This document shows positions 34,929 to 43,857 of a stretch of DNA of 43,857 nucleotides, in pieces. Made by a program: the position numbers and the translations under genes. The stretch spans positions 1-43,857 of the forward strand of contig CALACD010000469.1 in NCBI GenBank assembly GCA_937890445.1, written 5' to 3'. The notes below the pieces were generated by a model. It did not search any database, was not told the DNA's origin, and worked only from the letters and a program-made list of their open reading frames with translations. This DNA comes from an uncultured Acidimicrobiia bacterium. Its GTDB lineage: Bacteria; Actinomycetota; Acidimicrobiia; Acidimicrobiales; SZUA-35. Position 1 is the stretch's first letter, and every line of letters begins with the position of its first letter.

Positions 34929-35873
34929 CTAGTACTGCTCGCGAATTCGGCGGACGAAGAAGTTTGCGAGCATGTTCAGTGCAAGAGTGATCAAGAACAG
35001 CAACAGCCCGACGAAGAAGAGACTCTGGAAGGTCAATCCCTCGCCGACGACATTGTCGGTACCGCTCGCTAGCGAGGCCATGGCTGCGGTCATGGTGAGG
35101 CTCCCGTCGTAGGGCGAGCTGGTGAAGATCGCTGCATCGGCAGCGCCGCCGGCCATGAACACGACCATGGTCTCACCCATCGCTCGGGACACCGCGACGA
35201 TCATCGCAGCGGCAAGTCCGGAGATGGCCGCCGGCAGCACGACCCGCAGCACCGTGGTGACCTTGCGGGCACCCATACCCGCAGAGGCCTCCCGCAGGGC
35301 GTCGGGTACCGCCTTCATGGCGTCCTCCGAGATCGACGCGATCAATGGGATGGTCAGAATGCCGACACCGATGCCAGCGGCCAGGATCGAGCCCCGGCCA
35401 CCTTCGCCACCGAGATTGGCGACGACGTTCGGCGCGATCCACAGGAGAGCGAAGAAGCCGAGCACGACGCTCGGGATGCCGGCCAGGATCTCGAGGATCG
35501 GCTTGAGGATCTTGCGGACGCCCGGGCGGGCGTACTCGGCAAGATAGACGGCGGCACCGAGCCCGAGGGGGGTTGCGACCACCATGGCGACGATCGTGAC
35601 CCAGAAGGTTGCGACGAGCAGAGTGGGTACGTCATAGATACCTCGGCGAGGGAACCACCCGATCTGGCCCCACGTGGTGCTCCAGTCGATGTCGCGCATG
35701 AAGATCCACGCCTCGGACAGCAAGGCATACACGATCAGGAACGAGACGACGACCGAGAAGATCGCGGCGCCGAAGAGCACCTGCTTGATGATGGCTTCTC
35801 GCCGTAGCCGGCGGGGAGATCCCGACAACGATCCGAGTTCGGCGTCGCTGTGGGGCATGTGCGTCACGGTCAT
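34929..35873 (-). CDS. pstC: Phosphate ABC transporter permease PstC
   Basis: ORF 34929..35873. The EAA-loop region is [23 protein letters not shown], and it occupies the expected position in the gene order. Confidence 0.9.
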   Translation of the reverse strand: MTVTHMPHSDAELGSLSGSPRRLRREAIIKQVLFGAAIFSVVVSFLIVYALLSEAWIFMRDIDWSTTWGQIGWFPRRGIYDVPTLLVATFWVTIVAMVVATPLGLGAAVYLAEYARPGVRKILKPILEILAGIPSVVLGFFALLWIAPNVVANLGGEGGRGSILAAGIGVGILTIPLIASISEDAMKAVPDALREASAGMGARKVTTVLRVVLPAAISGLAAAMIVAVSRAMGETMVVFMAGGAADAAIFTSSPYDGSLTMTAAMASLASGTDNVVGEGLTFQSLFFVGLLLFLITLALNMLANFFVRRIREQY

Positions 35874-35939
35874 GATCTCACGCAGTCTGTCGAATGGGTT
35901 GGGAGGCTGGTTGCTCGTTCACGATGGGCGGCGACCTGT

Positions 35940-35978
35940 CGATGGGTGGGCCGAGCTCTGCACCCGGCCCACCCATCG
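35940..35978 (-). other. 14-bp perfect-stem hairpin between pstS and pstC (CGATGGGTGGGCCG / CGGCCCACCCATCG, 11-nt loop); a second, small hairpin lies at 35983-35997
   Basis: Read directly from the sequence. Its intercistronic position fits a partial terminator or mRNA-stabilising element that would uncouple pstS levels from pstCAB levels; that role is an inference. Confidence 0.5.
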
Positions 35979-36005
35979 ATCAAGGCCCTTTCGGCCTGGC
36001 CGGGA

Positions 36006-37103
36006 TCAGCCCCGGCCGTCCCATGCGGCCTTGGTTTCGGCCTGGAGTGCGTCGGGAAGCTCGACGTAGCCGACCTCGGCCACTGCGGTGGCGAGACCTT
36101 CGGTCACGTAGAAGTCGACGAAGGCGGACGCCGCCGGGTTGGCGTCGATGCGGGCGTTGTTCGCGTAGAAGTAGAGCGGCCGAGAGATCGGGTACTCACC
36201 ACTCGCCACGGTTTCGGAGGTGGGCGCCACACAACCGTCGCCGCCGTCGACCTCGAGGATCTTGACGTCGGCATTGACGGCAAAGGCGTACCCGACCCAA
36301 CCGAAGCTGGTGTCGCTGCCCTGCACGCCCTGGAGGATGACATTGTCGTCAGCCGACGGGCTGTAGTCCGGACGGGTGATGGCTTCCTGACCCCGTTCCT
36401 CGGCGCTGCCTTCCATCACGATCTCGATGAACGCATCGAAGGTTCCCGACTCTTCACCGGGACCGAAGATGTCCAGCGGCGCGTCCGGCATGTCGCCCGC
36501 ACCACCGAGCTCGGCGGAGATCTCGTTTCCGTCGGACCAGCTCGTGAAGCCGGTCGACTCCGGGCCGACCAGGGCGTAGATGTCGGCGAAACTCACACAC
36601 GAGACCGGGTTGTTGTTGCTGGTCATGACGGCCAGACCGTCGATGCCCACCAACAGTTCGGTGAACTCGATGCCGTTCTCTTCGCAGATCGCAGCTTCTT
36701 CTTCCTTGATTGCACGAGAAGCGCCGGTCATGTCGGCCTCACCGTCGCAGAAGATCGCCATGCCGTCACCGGTACCGGGACCATCCACGGCGATGTTCAC
36801 GTTGGGGTTGATGTCGTTGAACAACTCTTGGGTACGAACCGAGACCGGCTCCACCGTCGACGAACCCGTCACGAACACCTCACCCGTCAGTTCACCTCCG
36901 GACGCTGCTTCGTCATCGGTCTCTTCTTCCATGGCTTCCTCTGTCTCTTCCTCCGGAGCAGTGGTCACGGCACCCTCGGCGCCATCGTCGGTGGTGGCCT
37001 CGGTGCCGCCGTCGCTGCCACACGCGGCGACGATCATCGCCAATGCGGCGAGAAGAGACGTGAGTTTGATGAGGCGCCCTCGCTGGGCACCAGTGCTGTT
37101 CAT
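36006..37103 (-). CDS. pstS: Phosphate-binding lipoprotein PstS
   Basis: ORF 36006..37148. The start is placed at ATG 37103, preceded by AGGAGAGG. It has the lipobox MIVAACGS, an acidic linker, and the phosphate-binding motifs GSSTV...GPGTGDG. Confidence 0.9.
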   Translation of the reverse strand: MNSTGAQRGRLIKLTSLLAALAMIVAACGSDGGTEATTDDGAEGAVTTAPEEETEEAMEEETDDEAASGGELTGEVFVTGSSTVEPVSVRTQELFNDINPNVNIAVDGPGTGDGMAIFCDGEADMTGASRAIKEEEAAICEENGIEFTELLVGIDGLAVMTSNNNPVSCVSFADIYALVGPESTGFTSWSDGNEISAELGGAGDMPDAPLDIFGPGEESGTFDAFIEIVMEGSAEERGQEAITRPDYSPSADDNVILQGVQGSDTSFGWVGYAFAVNADVKILEVDGGDGCVAPTSETVASGEYPISRPLYFYANNARIDANPAASAFVDFYVTEGLATAVAEVGYVELPDALQAETKAAWDGRG

Positions 37104-37168
37104 GATGTTGACCTCTCCTGGATCACGGTTTGCAAATGCTGTGTGCATTCGCGGAGGACCGTATCCAT

Positions 37169-37201
37169 CGAAGGTGAACCGTTTGGATACAAAAGGTGAA
37201 C
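37169..37201 (-). promoter_or_regulatory. PHO box: three 11-nt direct-repeat units, GTTCACCTTTT-GTATCCAAACG-GTTCACCTTCG, upstream of pstS
   Basis: On the minus strand the GTTCACC cores are at 37201-37195 and 37179-37173, exactly 22 nt apart. This matches the actinobacterial PhoP direct-repeat consensus GTTCACC. It lies 66-98 nt upstream of the pstS ATG. Confidence 0.55.
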
Positions 37202-37231
37202 ATTGCGTGCTTCCAAGGAGACGTTCAGATG

Positions 37232-37251
37232 GCGCCGTGAACGCACGGCGC
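37232..37251 (-). terminator. Hairpin GCGCCGTG-aacg-CACGGCGC downstream of the DoxX gene
   Basis: An 8-bp perfect stem read directly from the sequence, about 40 nt past the stop codon at 37292. There is no clear U-tract. Confidence 0.35.
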
Positions 37252-37291
37252 TCGGGGTCGCGATCCAGTCGAGGTGCCGACTACGCCTTGA

Positions 37292-37798
37292 TCACTCCGG
37301 GGGACGATAGAACGTGGCCAGCTGGGCAATGCCGGCAACAACCCCCACACCTATCGCCACCGCGACCCCGACGAAACCATTGAAGCCATCGGCCAGCCCG
37401 AGGGCTTCGTCCAGCGACCAATCGCCGGGACCGACCCCGGCGATGAACACCGCGGTGATCGCCACCATGAAGGTGTACTCCCAGCCGTCCTTCACGATGA
37501 AGAAGCCGTTCTTGCGGTGACTGGTGTAGCCGGCCACCACCATCACCCCGACGACGGCGGCGGCCGCGAACGAGGTCAGGAAGCCCAGCGCAAGCAGCAG
37601 ACCGGCCCCGATCTCGGTCAACGATGCGGCCTGGGCATGGAGCCGACCCGGCTTCATGCCGATGCTGTCGAACCAGGCGGCGGTGCCGTCGATGCCGTTC
37701 TTGCGCTTGGCCCACCCGTGGGCTGCGAACACCAGTCCGAACACCACCCGGAACACCAGGGCGATCAGTGCGAACTCCGTATCGGTGAGTGAAGTCAT
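37292..37798 (-). CDS. DoxX-family membrane protein
   Basis: ORF 37292..37882. The start is placed at ATG 37798 (MTSLTDTEFALIALVFRVVFGLVFAAHGWAK). It has four hydrophobic helices typical of DoxX. Confidence 0.8.
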   Translation of the reverse strand: MTSLTDTEFALIALVFRVVFGLVFAAHGWAKRKNGIDGTAAWFDSIGMKPGRLHAQAASLTEIGAGLLLALGFLTSFAAAAVVGVMVVAGYTSHRKNGFFIVKDGWEYTFMVAITAVFIAGVGPGDWSLDEALGLADGFNGFVGVAVAIGVGVVAGIAQLATFYRPPE

Positions 37799-37803
37799 CT
37801 GCT

Positions 37804-38220
37804 CTATCTCCCGTAATCGACCGAATACCAACGCTCTGGGCGCATCGTCATCACGATGCTCTCGGTGGTCGAGTCCTCGCAATAGCGATCACCCATTTTC
37901 GCACCGAGATAGCGATGCGCCATCGGACGCTCGTCGGCTTCGAGCTCGGCCGGCCGGCGATCGGTGACCGGTCCCTCGACCATGACGTACCGGTAGGGCA
38001 GCGACTCCTGTTGCACACAGAGACTGAAGCGCATCGCTTCGGCGATCAACGTCGCCTTTCGAGATCCCGGTCCGGTCAGAATCTTCACCTCACCCCCCGG
38101 TTCGTACGCATACCAGATCGGGACGGTCAGTGGTCCGTGCCCGGGATCGTCCACGCCGAGGACACCGACATGGGGTCGGGCCAGAAACGCCTCTCGCTCT
38201 TGTTGTGACATCGATGCCAT
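37804..38220 (-). CDS. Pyridoxamine 5'-phosphate oxidase-family (FMN/F420-binding split-barrel) protein
   Basis: ORF 37804..38220. The region EREAFLARPHVGVLGVDDPGHGPLTVPIWYAYEPGG is typical of PPOX-class proteins. Confidence 0.75.
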   Translation of the reverse strand: MASMSQQEREAFLARPHVGVLGVDDPGHGPLTVPIWYAYEPGGEVKILTGPGSRKATLIAEAMRFSLCVQQESLPYRYVMVEGPVTDRRPAELEADERPMAHRYLGAKMGDRYCEDSTTESIVMTMRPERWYSVDYGR

Positions 38221-38256
38221 GTCCCATCATGGCTCGCATCGGCGCCGAGCACCGCA

Positions 38257-38979
38257 GTGAGTACCGTGATCGACATGGCCGACCGATTCCTGGCGATAGC
38301 TGCCCACCCCGACGACCTCGACTTCGGGGCGGCCGGAACCACCGCTGCCTTGACCGAGGCCGGCCACCAGGTCATCTATTGCCTCGTCACCAACGGCGAC
38401 GCCGGTGGCTTCGACGACTCGATCTCACGGGCCCGAATGGCCGAGATCCGTCAGGCCGAACAAACAGCTGCCGCCAAGGCGGTCGGGGTCGACGAACTCC
38501 ACTTCCTCGGCTTCCCCGACGGCGCCGTCGTGGCCGACCTGGCGCTGCGCAGAGCGATCAGCCGGGTGATTCGCCAGGTGAAGCCCGACAAGGTTCTGGC
38601 CCAGTCGCCGGAACGCAACTGGGACCGAATCTACGCCAGCCATCCCGACCATCTCGCCACCGGTGAAGCGACTGCAGCGGCCGTCTACCCCGACAGCCGT
38701 AACCCGTTCGCGTTTCCCGACCTGCTGGCAATCGAACAACTCGAGCCCCACACCGTGACCGAGATGTGGCTGATGGGCGGAAACGACGCGAACCACTTCG
38801 TCGACATCACCGACACCATCGACCGGAAGGTCGAGGCGCTGCTCTGTCACCGCAGCCAGATTCGCGACGTCACCGAACTCCCGCAGATGCTGCGCCAATG
38901 GGCATCGGACACCGCTGCCGCCGCCGGCCTCGCCGAGGGGCGACTGGCCGAATCGTTCCGCATCGTGAACACGGCCTGA
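38257..38979 (+). CDS. PIG-L / LmbE-family deacetylase
   Basis: ORF 38257..38979, with a GTG start. It contains AHPDDLDFGAAG...NGDAGG...HPDH motifs. An alternative start is ATG 38275. Confidence 0.8.
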   Translation: MSTVIDMADRFLAIAAHPDDLDFGAAGTTAALTEAGHQVIYCLVTNGDAGGFDDSISRARMAEIRQAEQTAAAKAVGVDELHFLGFPDGAVVADLALRRAISRVIRQVKPDKVLAQSPERNWDRIYASHPDHLATGEATAAAVYPDSRNPFAFPDLLAIEQLEPHTVTEMWLMGGNDANHFVDITDTIDRKVEALLCHRSQIRDVTELPQMLRQWASDTAAAAGLAEGRLAESFRIVNTA

Positions 38980-39008
38980 CCGGCGCCACGCGGTGTCGCT
39001 GCCGTCGG

Positions 39009-39851
39009 CTACTCGTTGACGAAGCGATTCTCGAGCCAGCCGATGTTCTCGACCTCGATTCGACACACGTCGCCGTCCTTGAGGAACTTCGGCGGATCGA
39101 AATAGGCAGCCACCCCGCTACTCGTCCCGGTGGCGATCACATCACCGACCTCGAGGGTGCAGACCGTGCTGAGAGTCTCGATCTGGTCCCAACAGTCGAA
39201 CAACATCAGATCGGTCGTGGTGTCCTGACGGAGCTCGCCGTTCACGAAGGTCTGCATCCGCAGTCCATGCGGATCCGGCATCTCGTCGGTGGTGACGAGC
39301 CAGGGGCCACAGGGCCCGTGGCCATCCCAGGACTTCCCGAGCGTCATGGTCTGGGCTCGCCGCTGCCAATCACGCACCGATACGTCGTTGATCACGGTGT
39401 AGCCGGCGACGACCGAGGCCGCATCGGCCTTCGACACCGCTCGACACTCCACACCGATGACCATCCCGAGCTCGCCTTCATAGTCGACGCAATCGGGAGC
39501 TGCAGCCGGAATGGGCACATCGGCATTCGGGTCGTTGACACAGGTCGACTGTTTGTTGAAGAACATCGGATACTCGGGGGCGGGGCGCCCACCCTCTTCG
39601 ATGTGATCGGTGTAGTTCAGTCCAATGGCAAGGAACTTGGGTGGTCGAGCGACCGGGGCCAGAAGCGTGACATCGCTCAGCGCCCACGTCTCGGCGCCGT
39701 CGAGCGCCGCCTGGCGGGCTGCCGGTTCGAGCATGGCCGCAGCGACGACGTCGTCTCCCAGGTCCAACGCGGCCAGCGACACGACATCACCACCCGCCAC
39801 CGCGCCCAGCTGAGCAGGACCGTTCCCCACCTTGAACCTGGCAATCTTCAT
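39009..39851 (-). CDS. Fumarylacetoacetate hydrolase (FAH) family protein
   Basis: ORF 39009..39938. The start is placed at ATG 39851 (MKIARF...), preceded by GAGGAG. It contains the YEGELGMVIG and GDVIATGTSSGV motifs. Confidence 0.85.
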   Translation of the reverse strand: MKIARFKVGNGPAQLGAVAGGDVVSLAALDLGDDVVAAAMLEPAARQAALDGAETWALSDVTLLAPVARPPKFLAIGLNYTDHIEEGGRPAPEYPMFFNKQSTCVNDPNADVPIPAAAPDCVDYEGELGMVIGVECRAVSKADAASVVAGYTVINDVSVRDWQRRAQTMTLGKSWDGHGPCGPWLVTTDEMPDPHGLRMQTFVNGELRQDTTTDLMLFDCWDQIETLSTVCTLEVGDVIATGTSSGVAAYFDPPKFLKDGDVCRIEVENIGWLENRFVNE

Positions 39852-39918
39852 CTCTGGCTCCTCACCCTGTTGGTTGTCTCGTGACGGTTGTGTTGCTGCC
39901 TCGGGCAGGGGTGTCGCG

Positions 39919-41244
39919 CTAGCTGCCGTCGCCGGCACCAGCGAACTCGAAGGCGATTCGACGATTGGCGGCCCGGCCCTCTTCGGTTGCGTTGTCGGCC
40001 ACCGGCTCGTCCTCCCCTGCCCCCCGAGCCGTCAGTCGCTCGGCGTCGACGCCCAACTCGACCAAGCGGTCGAGCACCGCGGCGGCTCGCTCCTCCGAAA
40101 GCACCTGGTTGACCTCGGCACCGCCCTGATCGTCGGTGTGACCAACGATCTCCACCGCGATGTCGGGAGCGGCATTGATGGCATCGGCGGCCTGTTGAAG
40201 GATCTCGTCCGATACCGGATCGATGTCAGCACTCCCCGTGGCGAACAGAATCGGATTGGCGGCCAGCTGTTCGCGAAGTCGGGTCTCGAGTCGGCCCAGA
40301 GCCTCAGCGCTCGTATCGACTTCGACGGCATTGTCGACCGTGACACCAAAGGCAGTTGCTGCCGTGTTGGCGAACGCCGCCAGGCGGGCATCGCCAGCAT
40401 CGACGCTTCCGGTCAGCCGTACCTGGCCACCGGCCAAGGTGGTCAGCGCATCGACCGACAGACCGGATCCATCGACGTTGGTGGCGCCCCACAGATCGCT
40501 GGCGGTCCCGACCATCCCATCGACGGTGTCCTGATCAGGCACCACGCCTCGCAGTGTCACCTGCTCAGCTGCCACTGCGACCTCGACATCGATGGGCGTC
40601 AGGTCGACCTCCTCGAACGTCACATCGAAGGCACCGGCATCCAAACCCAAGGCAGCGGCGACATCGGCTTGGAGTCCCTCTGGCGATTCGTCGCCTTCGG
40701 ACGTGGTCCCGAGGATCGACAGGCTTCCACCGACGAGCGTGGTGCCGGCGTCGACGGTCAGCTCATCGATGACGTTGCCTTCGCCGTAACGGGCCTCGGC
40801 CAAGGTGATCAGCTGCGTGCGAGCACCTTCGTCGGGTACCGCCCCACGAAGGGTGACCTGATCACCGTCGACAGCGAACTCGAGCGCCACCGGGCGCAGC
40901 TCGGCATCGATGGCTTCCGTCGTCGATGACGAGACCGCATTGCTGGTCGAGGTCGACGAATCGGAGTCGTCACAGGAGTACGCGACCAGGGCCAGGCCCA
41001 GGAACAATGCAAACAGGAATGCCAGGTAGGCCCACCCTGCGTAGACGGGTCCCCGTTGGTCGTGGTCGTCATCCACGACAGGTGCGTGGCCATCACTCGT
41101 TCCGGAACCGGCTTCACCACCGACAGCACCGGCACCATCACCGGCAACATCACCGGCAACGGCCTCGGGCGACATCGCCTCTTGCGCTGCGGCATCATCC
41201 GACGACGGAACAGCAGCAAGATCGTCGGTCTCGTTGTCACTCAT
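39919..41244 (-). CDS. OmpA/MotB-domain protein with an acidic N-terminal tail, one TM helix and BON-like repeats
   Basis: ORF 39919..41244. The C-terminus ILFATGSADI...VGHTDDQGGAEVNQVLSEERAAAV...NRRIAFEF is an OmpA peptidoglycan-binding domain. Units resembling VTLRG(A/V)VPD recur. Confidence 0.8.
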   Translation of the reverse strand: MSDNETDDLAAVPSSDDAAAQEAMSPEAVAGDVAGDGAGAVGGEAGSGTSDGHAPVVDDDHDQRGPVYAGWAYLAFLFALFLGLALVAYSCDDSDSSTSTSNAVSSSTTEAIDAELRPVALEFAVDGDQVTLRGAVPDEGARTQLITLAEARYGEGNVIDELTVDAGTTLVGGSLSILGTTSEGDESPEGLQADVAAALGLDAGAFDVTFEEVDLTPIDVEVAVAAEQVTLRGVVPDQDTVDGMVGTASDLWGATNVDGSGLSVDALTTLAGGQVRLTGSVDAGDARLAAFANTAATAFGVTVDNAVEVDTSAEALGRLETRLREQLAANPILFATGSADIDPVSDEILQQAADAINAAPDIAVEIVGHTDDQGGAEVNQVLSEERAAAVLDRLVELGVDAERLTARGAGEDEPVADNATEEGRAANRRIAFEFAGAGDGS

Positions 41245-41349
41245 GCAGTATCACCCAATCGATTCGATCAACTCTGCAGCAGGTTAGTTGCGAGCTGTCT
41301 GGATCACTGCAATCCACAGCAGGGGCGCCGAGGGCGCGGACACTTGCCG

Positions 41350-42285
41350 TCAGACGGGGCGTTCGCCACGGTTCGCCACGAGCATCCGTTTCACCTCGGC
41401 CATCGTGGCCACCTCGGTCTCCCGATCCGGGCCCCGCGGAGTGAGGTTGAACACCGTCGCTCCTTGTTCGGCGTAGGGGGCCAGGAATTCGGCGATGTCC
41501 TCGGCCGTGCCGCACGGGGTGTACTTCTCGAAGGATTCGAACGCAATGCGGTAGAAGGACTCCATACCTTGCGACACATGGCGCCGGGCGTCGTCGCGGT
41601 CGGTGCCGACACCAACCCAGATCTGGAGGCCGTGCTGCCACTGCGGCCTACGTCCGAGCTCTGCTGCGGTGGTCTCGACCCGCTCGACACCTTCACCGAA
41701 ACGTCGCGCCGAACACCAGCTCGCCAACCAACCGTCGCCGTACCGTCCCGCCCTCGTCAACGCGGCATCGCTCCGGCCCCCGATCGTGATCGGAACGGCC
41801 GGGGAGACCGTGGGACGAATGGTGGCGTCGGCAAGGTGAAAGAACTCGTCGTCCCACGTGACCGTTTCCCCGTCCAGGAGCGCCCGAACGATTTGCAGCT
41901 GGGCGTCGGTTCGACGCCCGCGGGTCCGGGGGTCGATGCCGCAGACCTCGAACTCGTGCCGGTCCTCACCACCGACTCCGACGCCGAGCGTGAATCGTCC
42001 CGGCGCAGCCTGCGCCACCTGGGTGACCTGGCGGGCCGCCACCATTGGATGACGAAGCGCCAGCAACATCACACCCAGATAGAGGTCCAAACGCGGTTCG
42101 ATGCCCGACAGGGCAGCCAGGTACGTGAGCCCGTCGATGCCACTACCGCCACGGAAGCTGACGTGATCGGCGATCAGCACATGATCGAGGCCCAGATCCG
42201 CGATCAACTTCAGATCGCCGCTCCGTTGCTCCGGTGAACGATCGAAGATGTCGAGTGGAGGTGAGATGCCGACCCGAAGATGCAT
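41350..42285 (-). CDS. LLM-class F420-dependent oxidoreductase
   Basis: ORF 41350..42285. It contains DHVLIADH..., FTLGVGVGGEDRHEF and ITIGGRSDAALTRAGRYGDGW. Confidence 0.85.
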   Translation of the reverse strand: MHLRVGISPPLDIFDRSPEQRSGDLKLIADLGLDHVLIADHVSFRGGSGIDGLTYLAALSGIEPRLDLYLGVMLLALRHPMVAARQVTQVAQAAPGRFTLGVGVGGEDRHEFEVCGIDPRTRGRRTDAQLQIVRALLDGETVTWDDEFFHLADATIRPTVSPAVPITIGGRSDAALTRAGRYGDGWLASWCSARRFGEGVERVETTAAELGRRPQWQHGLQIWVGVGTDRDDARRHVSQGMESFYRIAFESFEKYTPCGTAEDIAEFLAPYAEQGATVFNLTPRGPDRETEVATMAEVKRMLVANRGERPV

Positions 42286-42335
42286 CGTCTCACTCTTGCA
42301 GACCGGATCCGATCACACGAACACCTCAGCCGAGG

Positions 42336-42638
42336 TCAGGGCGCCAATGCTGGCGCTTCGGCGTCTTCTTCGATCTCGATGAAGATGCACTCACCGGGGC
42401 ATTCGGCGGCCGACGCGATGACCGAGCCTTCCGAAGCCCTCGGCACGACGGCCATCTCCGCCGAACCGCCCGGGTCGTTGAAGACTTTCGTCCCTTCCAG
42501 GCAGTAGGCGATGCCGTCCTCGAGGATGCGGAACACCTCGGGCGCATGGTCGGTGCACAGGCCGTCACCGGTGCAGAGATCCTGATCGATCCACACCTTC
42601 AACCGAGCAGCGCCCGCGACACTCCTGCCTTCCATCAC
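42336..42638 (-). CDS. Single-cluster [3Fe-4S]/[4Fe-4S] ferredoxin
   Basis: ORF 42336..42638. It has [11 protein letters not shown]...AECPGECI cysteine spacing. It lies 50 nt upstream of, and on the same strand as, the LLM gene. Confidence 0.75.
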   Translation of the reverse strand: MMEGRSVAGAARLKVWIDQDLCTGDGLCTDHAPEVFRILEDGIAYCLEGTKVFNDPGGSAEMAVVPRASEGSVIASAAECPGECIFIEIEEDAEAPALAP

Positions 42639-42757
42639 TTCCTGCCTTCCATCACCCCGAGGGTACGCGTTGGTCTCGTCCTTCCCCCAGTCAGGCGACG
42701 AACCGGCCGAACGATCGAGTCGGGAGAGCCAAGGTCCAGCCAGTAACCTCGGAAGCC

Positions 42758-43840
42758 GTGACCAGCTCCTTCGGCCAGCTCTTTCGTGTGACCAGCTTCG
42801 GGGAGTCCCATGGTCCGGCCGTCGGCGTCATCGTCGACGGCTGCCCACCCAGACTCGAGATCTCCGAAGCCGACGTGCAGCGGGACCTCGATCGCCGACG
42901 ACCGGGTCAGAGCCGCCTGGTCACCCAGCGAGACGAAGGCGATCGGATCGAGTTCCTCTCCGGTGTGTTCGACGGCCAGACCACCGGCACCGCCATGGCC
43001 ATGATGGTGCGGAACAAAGACCAGAATTCCGGTGCCTACGACCATCTGAAGAACGTGTATCGCCCCAGTCATGCCGACTGGACCTACGAAGCCAAGTACG
43101 GCATTCGAGATCATCGTGGCGGCGGCCGGGCATCGGCCCGGGAGACCATCGCTCGGGTCGCGGCGGGCGCCGTGGCCCGCAAGCTCCTGCACGAGGCAGC
43201 CGGCATCGAAGTGTTGGCGTGGGTCAGCCAGGTGCACGACATCTCCATCGAGACCGATCCGACCCAGGTCACCCTCGAGATGGTCGAGGCCGACCCGACA
43301 CGCTGCCCCGATCCTGCCGCCGCGAACCGAATGACCGCGGCCATCGAGCAGGCACGCTGTAACGGCGACAGTCTGGGTGGCGTGGTCACCTTCATGGCCA
43401 GGAACGTCCCCGCCGGACTGGGTGAACCCGTCTTCGACAAGATCGATGCCGATCTGGCCAAGGCCATGATCTCTCTTCCCGCCGCGAAGGGTTTCGAGAT
43501 CGGAAGCGGATTCGCCGGGACCCGGTTGACCGGACTGGGCCACAACGACCCGTTCGAGCCCGGTAGCGACGGTCGGCCTCGGTTGGTCACGAACAACTCG
43601 GGAGGAATACAAGGCGGCATGACCTCGGGGAGCGACATCGTGGGCAGGGTGGCCTTCAAGCCCACGGCCACCATCGCCTCGGAACAACAGACCGTCACCA
43701 CCGAGGGCGAATCGACGGTCCTGGCCGCCAAGGGACGCCACGACCCGTGCGTTCTGCCCCGGGCAGTCCCGATGGTGGAGGCCATGGCCCTGCTGGTCCT
43801 GGCTGATCACTGGCTGCGCCAGCGAGCCATCGCCCCCTAG
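42758..43840 (+). CDS. aroC: Chorismate synthase
   Basis: ORF 42758..43840, with a GTG start. It contains [41 protein letters not shown] and GRHDPCV motifs. Confidence 0.9.
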   Translation: MTSSFGQLFRVTSFGESHGPAVGVIVDGCPPRLEISEADVQRDLDRRRPGQSRLVTQRDEGDRIEFLSGVFDGQTTGTAMAMMVRNKDQNSGAYDHLKNVYRPSHADWTYEAKYGIRDHRGGGRASARETIARVAAGAVARKLLHEAAGIEVLAWVSQVHDISIETDPTQVTLEMVEADPTRCPDPAAANRMTAAIEQARCNGDSLGGVVTFMARNVPAGLGEPVFDKIDADLAKAMISLPAAKGFEIGSGFAGTRLTGLGHNDPFEPGSDGRPRLVTNNSGGIQGGMTSGSDIVGRVAFKPTATIASEQQTVTTEGESTVLAAKGRHDPCVLPRAVPMVEAMALLVLADHWLRQRAIAP

Positions 43841-43857
43841 CTCGGATTCGACTCGCC

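Noticed and set aside
1-43857. Mobile elements, a prophage, or defence or toxin-antitoxin islands
   Set aside because: I recognised no integrase, transposase, terminal inverted repeats flanking a gene block, phage structural genes or defence-system genes. Base composition looks uniform apart from short AT-rich promoter islands.

Overview
The window is a GC-rich, Actinobacteria-like chromosomal segment. That assignment is inferred from G/C-dominated third codon positions, F420-type LLM oxidoreductases, GTTCACC PHO boxes and frequent GTG starts. It holds about 40 tightly packed genes. I found no rRNA, tRNA, CRISPR array, transposase or integrase. From left to right the content is:
- an APH-like/P-loop kinase gene that runs off the left edge
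- a ppsA-pfkB operon
- an OpgC-like membrane protein
- a sulfide-oxidation module: type II SQR, then a persulfide dioxygenase-rhodanese fusion, a HutC/GntR regulator, and a divergent rhodanese lipoprotein plus methyltransferase
- the purine-catabolism pair puuE-allA
- a carotenoid-cleavage-type oxygenase and an SDR
- an orphan ABC substrate-binding lipoprotein
- a PrdB/GrdB-family gene interrupted by a single in-frame TGA and flanked by two paralogous alpha/beta-hydrolases
- a secreted beta-propeller-repeat / 3xFN3 protein
- a membrane-anchored hypothetical protein
- an LLM oxidoreductase and a sugar kinase
- a 1316-aa fused hydantoinase/oxoprolinase A-B, with a divergent esterase plus class-III aminotransferase
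- a DUF389 membrane protein
- pstSCAB with a PHO box
- DoxX, a PPOX-like protein, a PIG-L deacetylase, an FAH-family hydrolase, an OmpA-domain protein, an LLM oxidoreductase, a ferredoxin and aroC

The most interesting signal is the in-frame TGA at 18202-18204. It sits exactly where a U-x-x-C redox motif is expected in the glycine/betaine/sarcosine/D-proline reductase selenoprotein-B family, and a hairpin follows it directly. None of the canonical reductase partner genes is present; two alpha/beta-hydrolases flank it instead.

Secondary signals:
- three tandem 19-bp palindromic units at a convergent gene junction
- a perfect 246-bp in-gene FN3 duplication
- a relic of the aminotransferase PLP-lysine region carrying its own 18-bp duplication
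- a heavily structured 238-nt intergenic region
- candidate promoter and operator elements in the sulfide cluster
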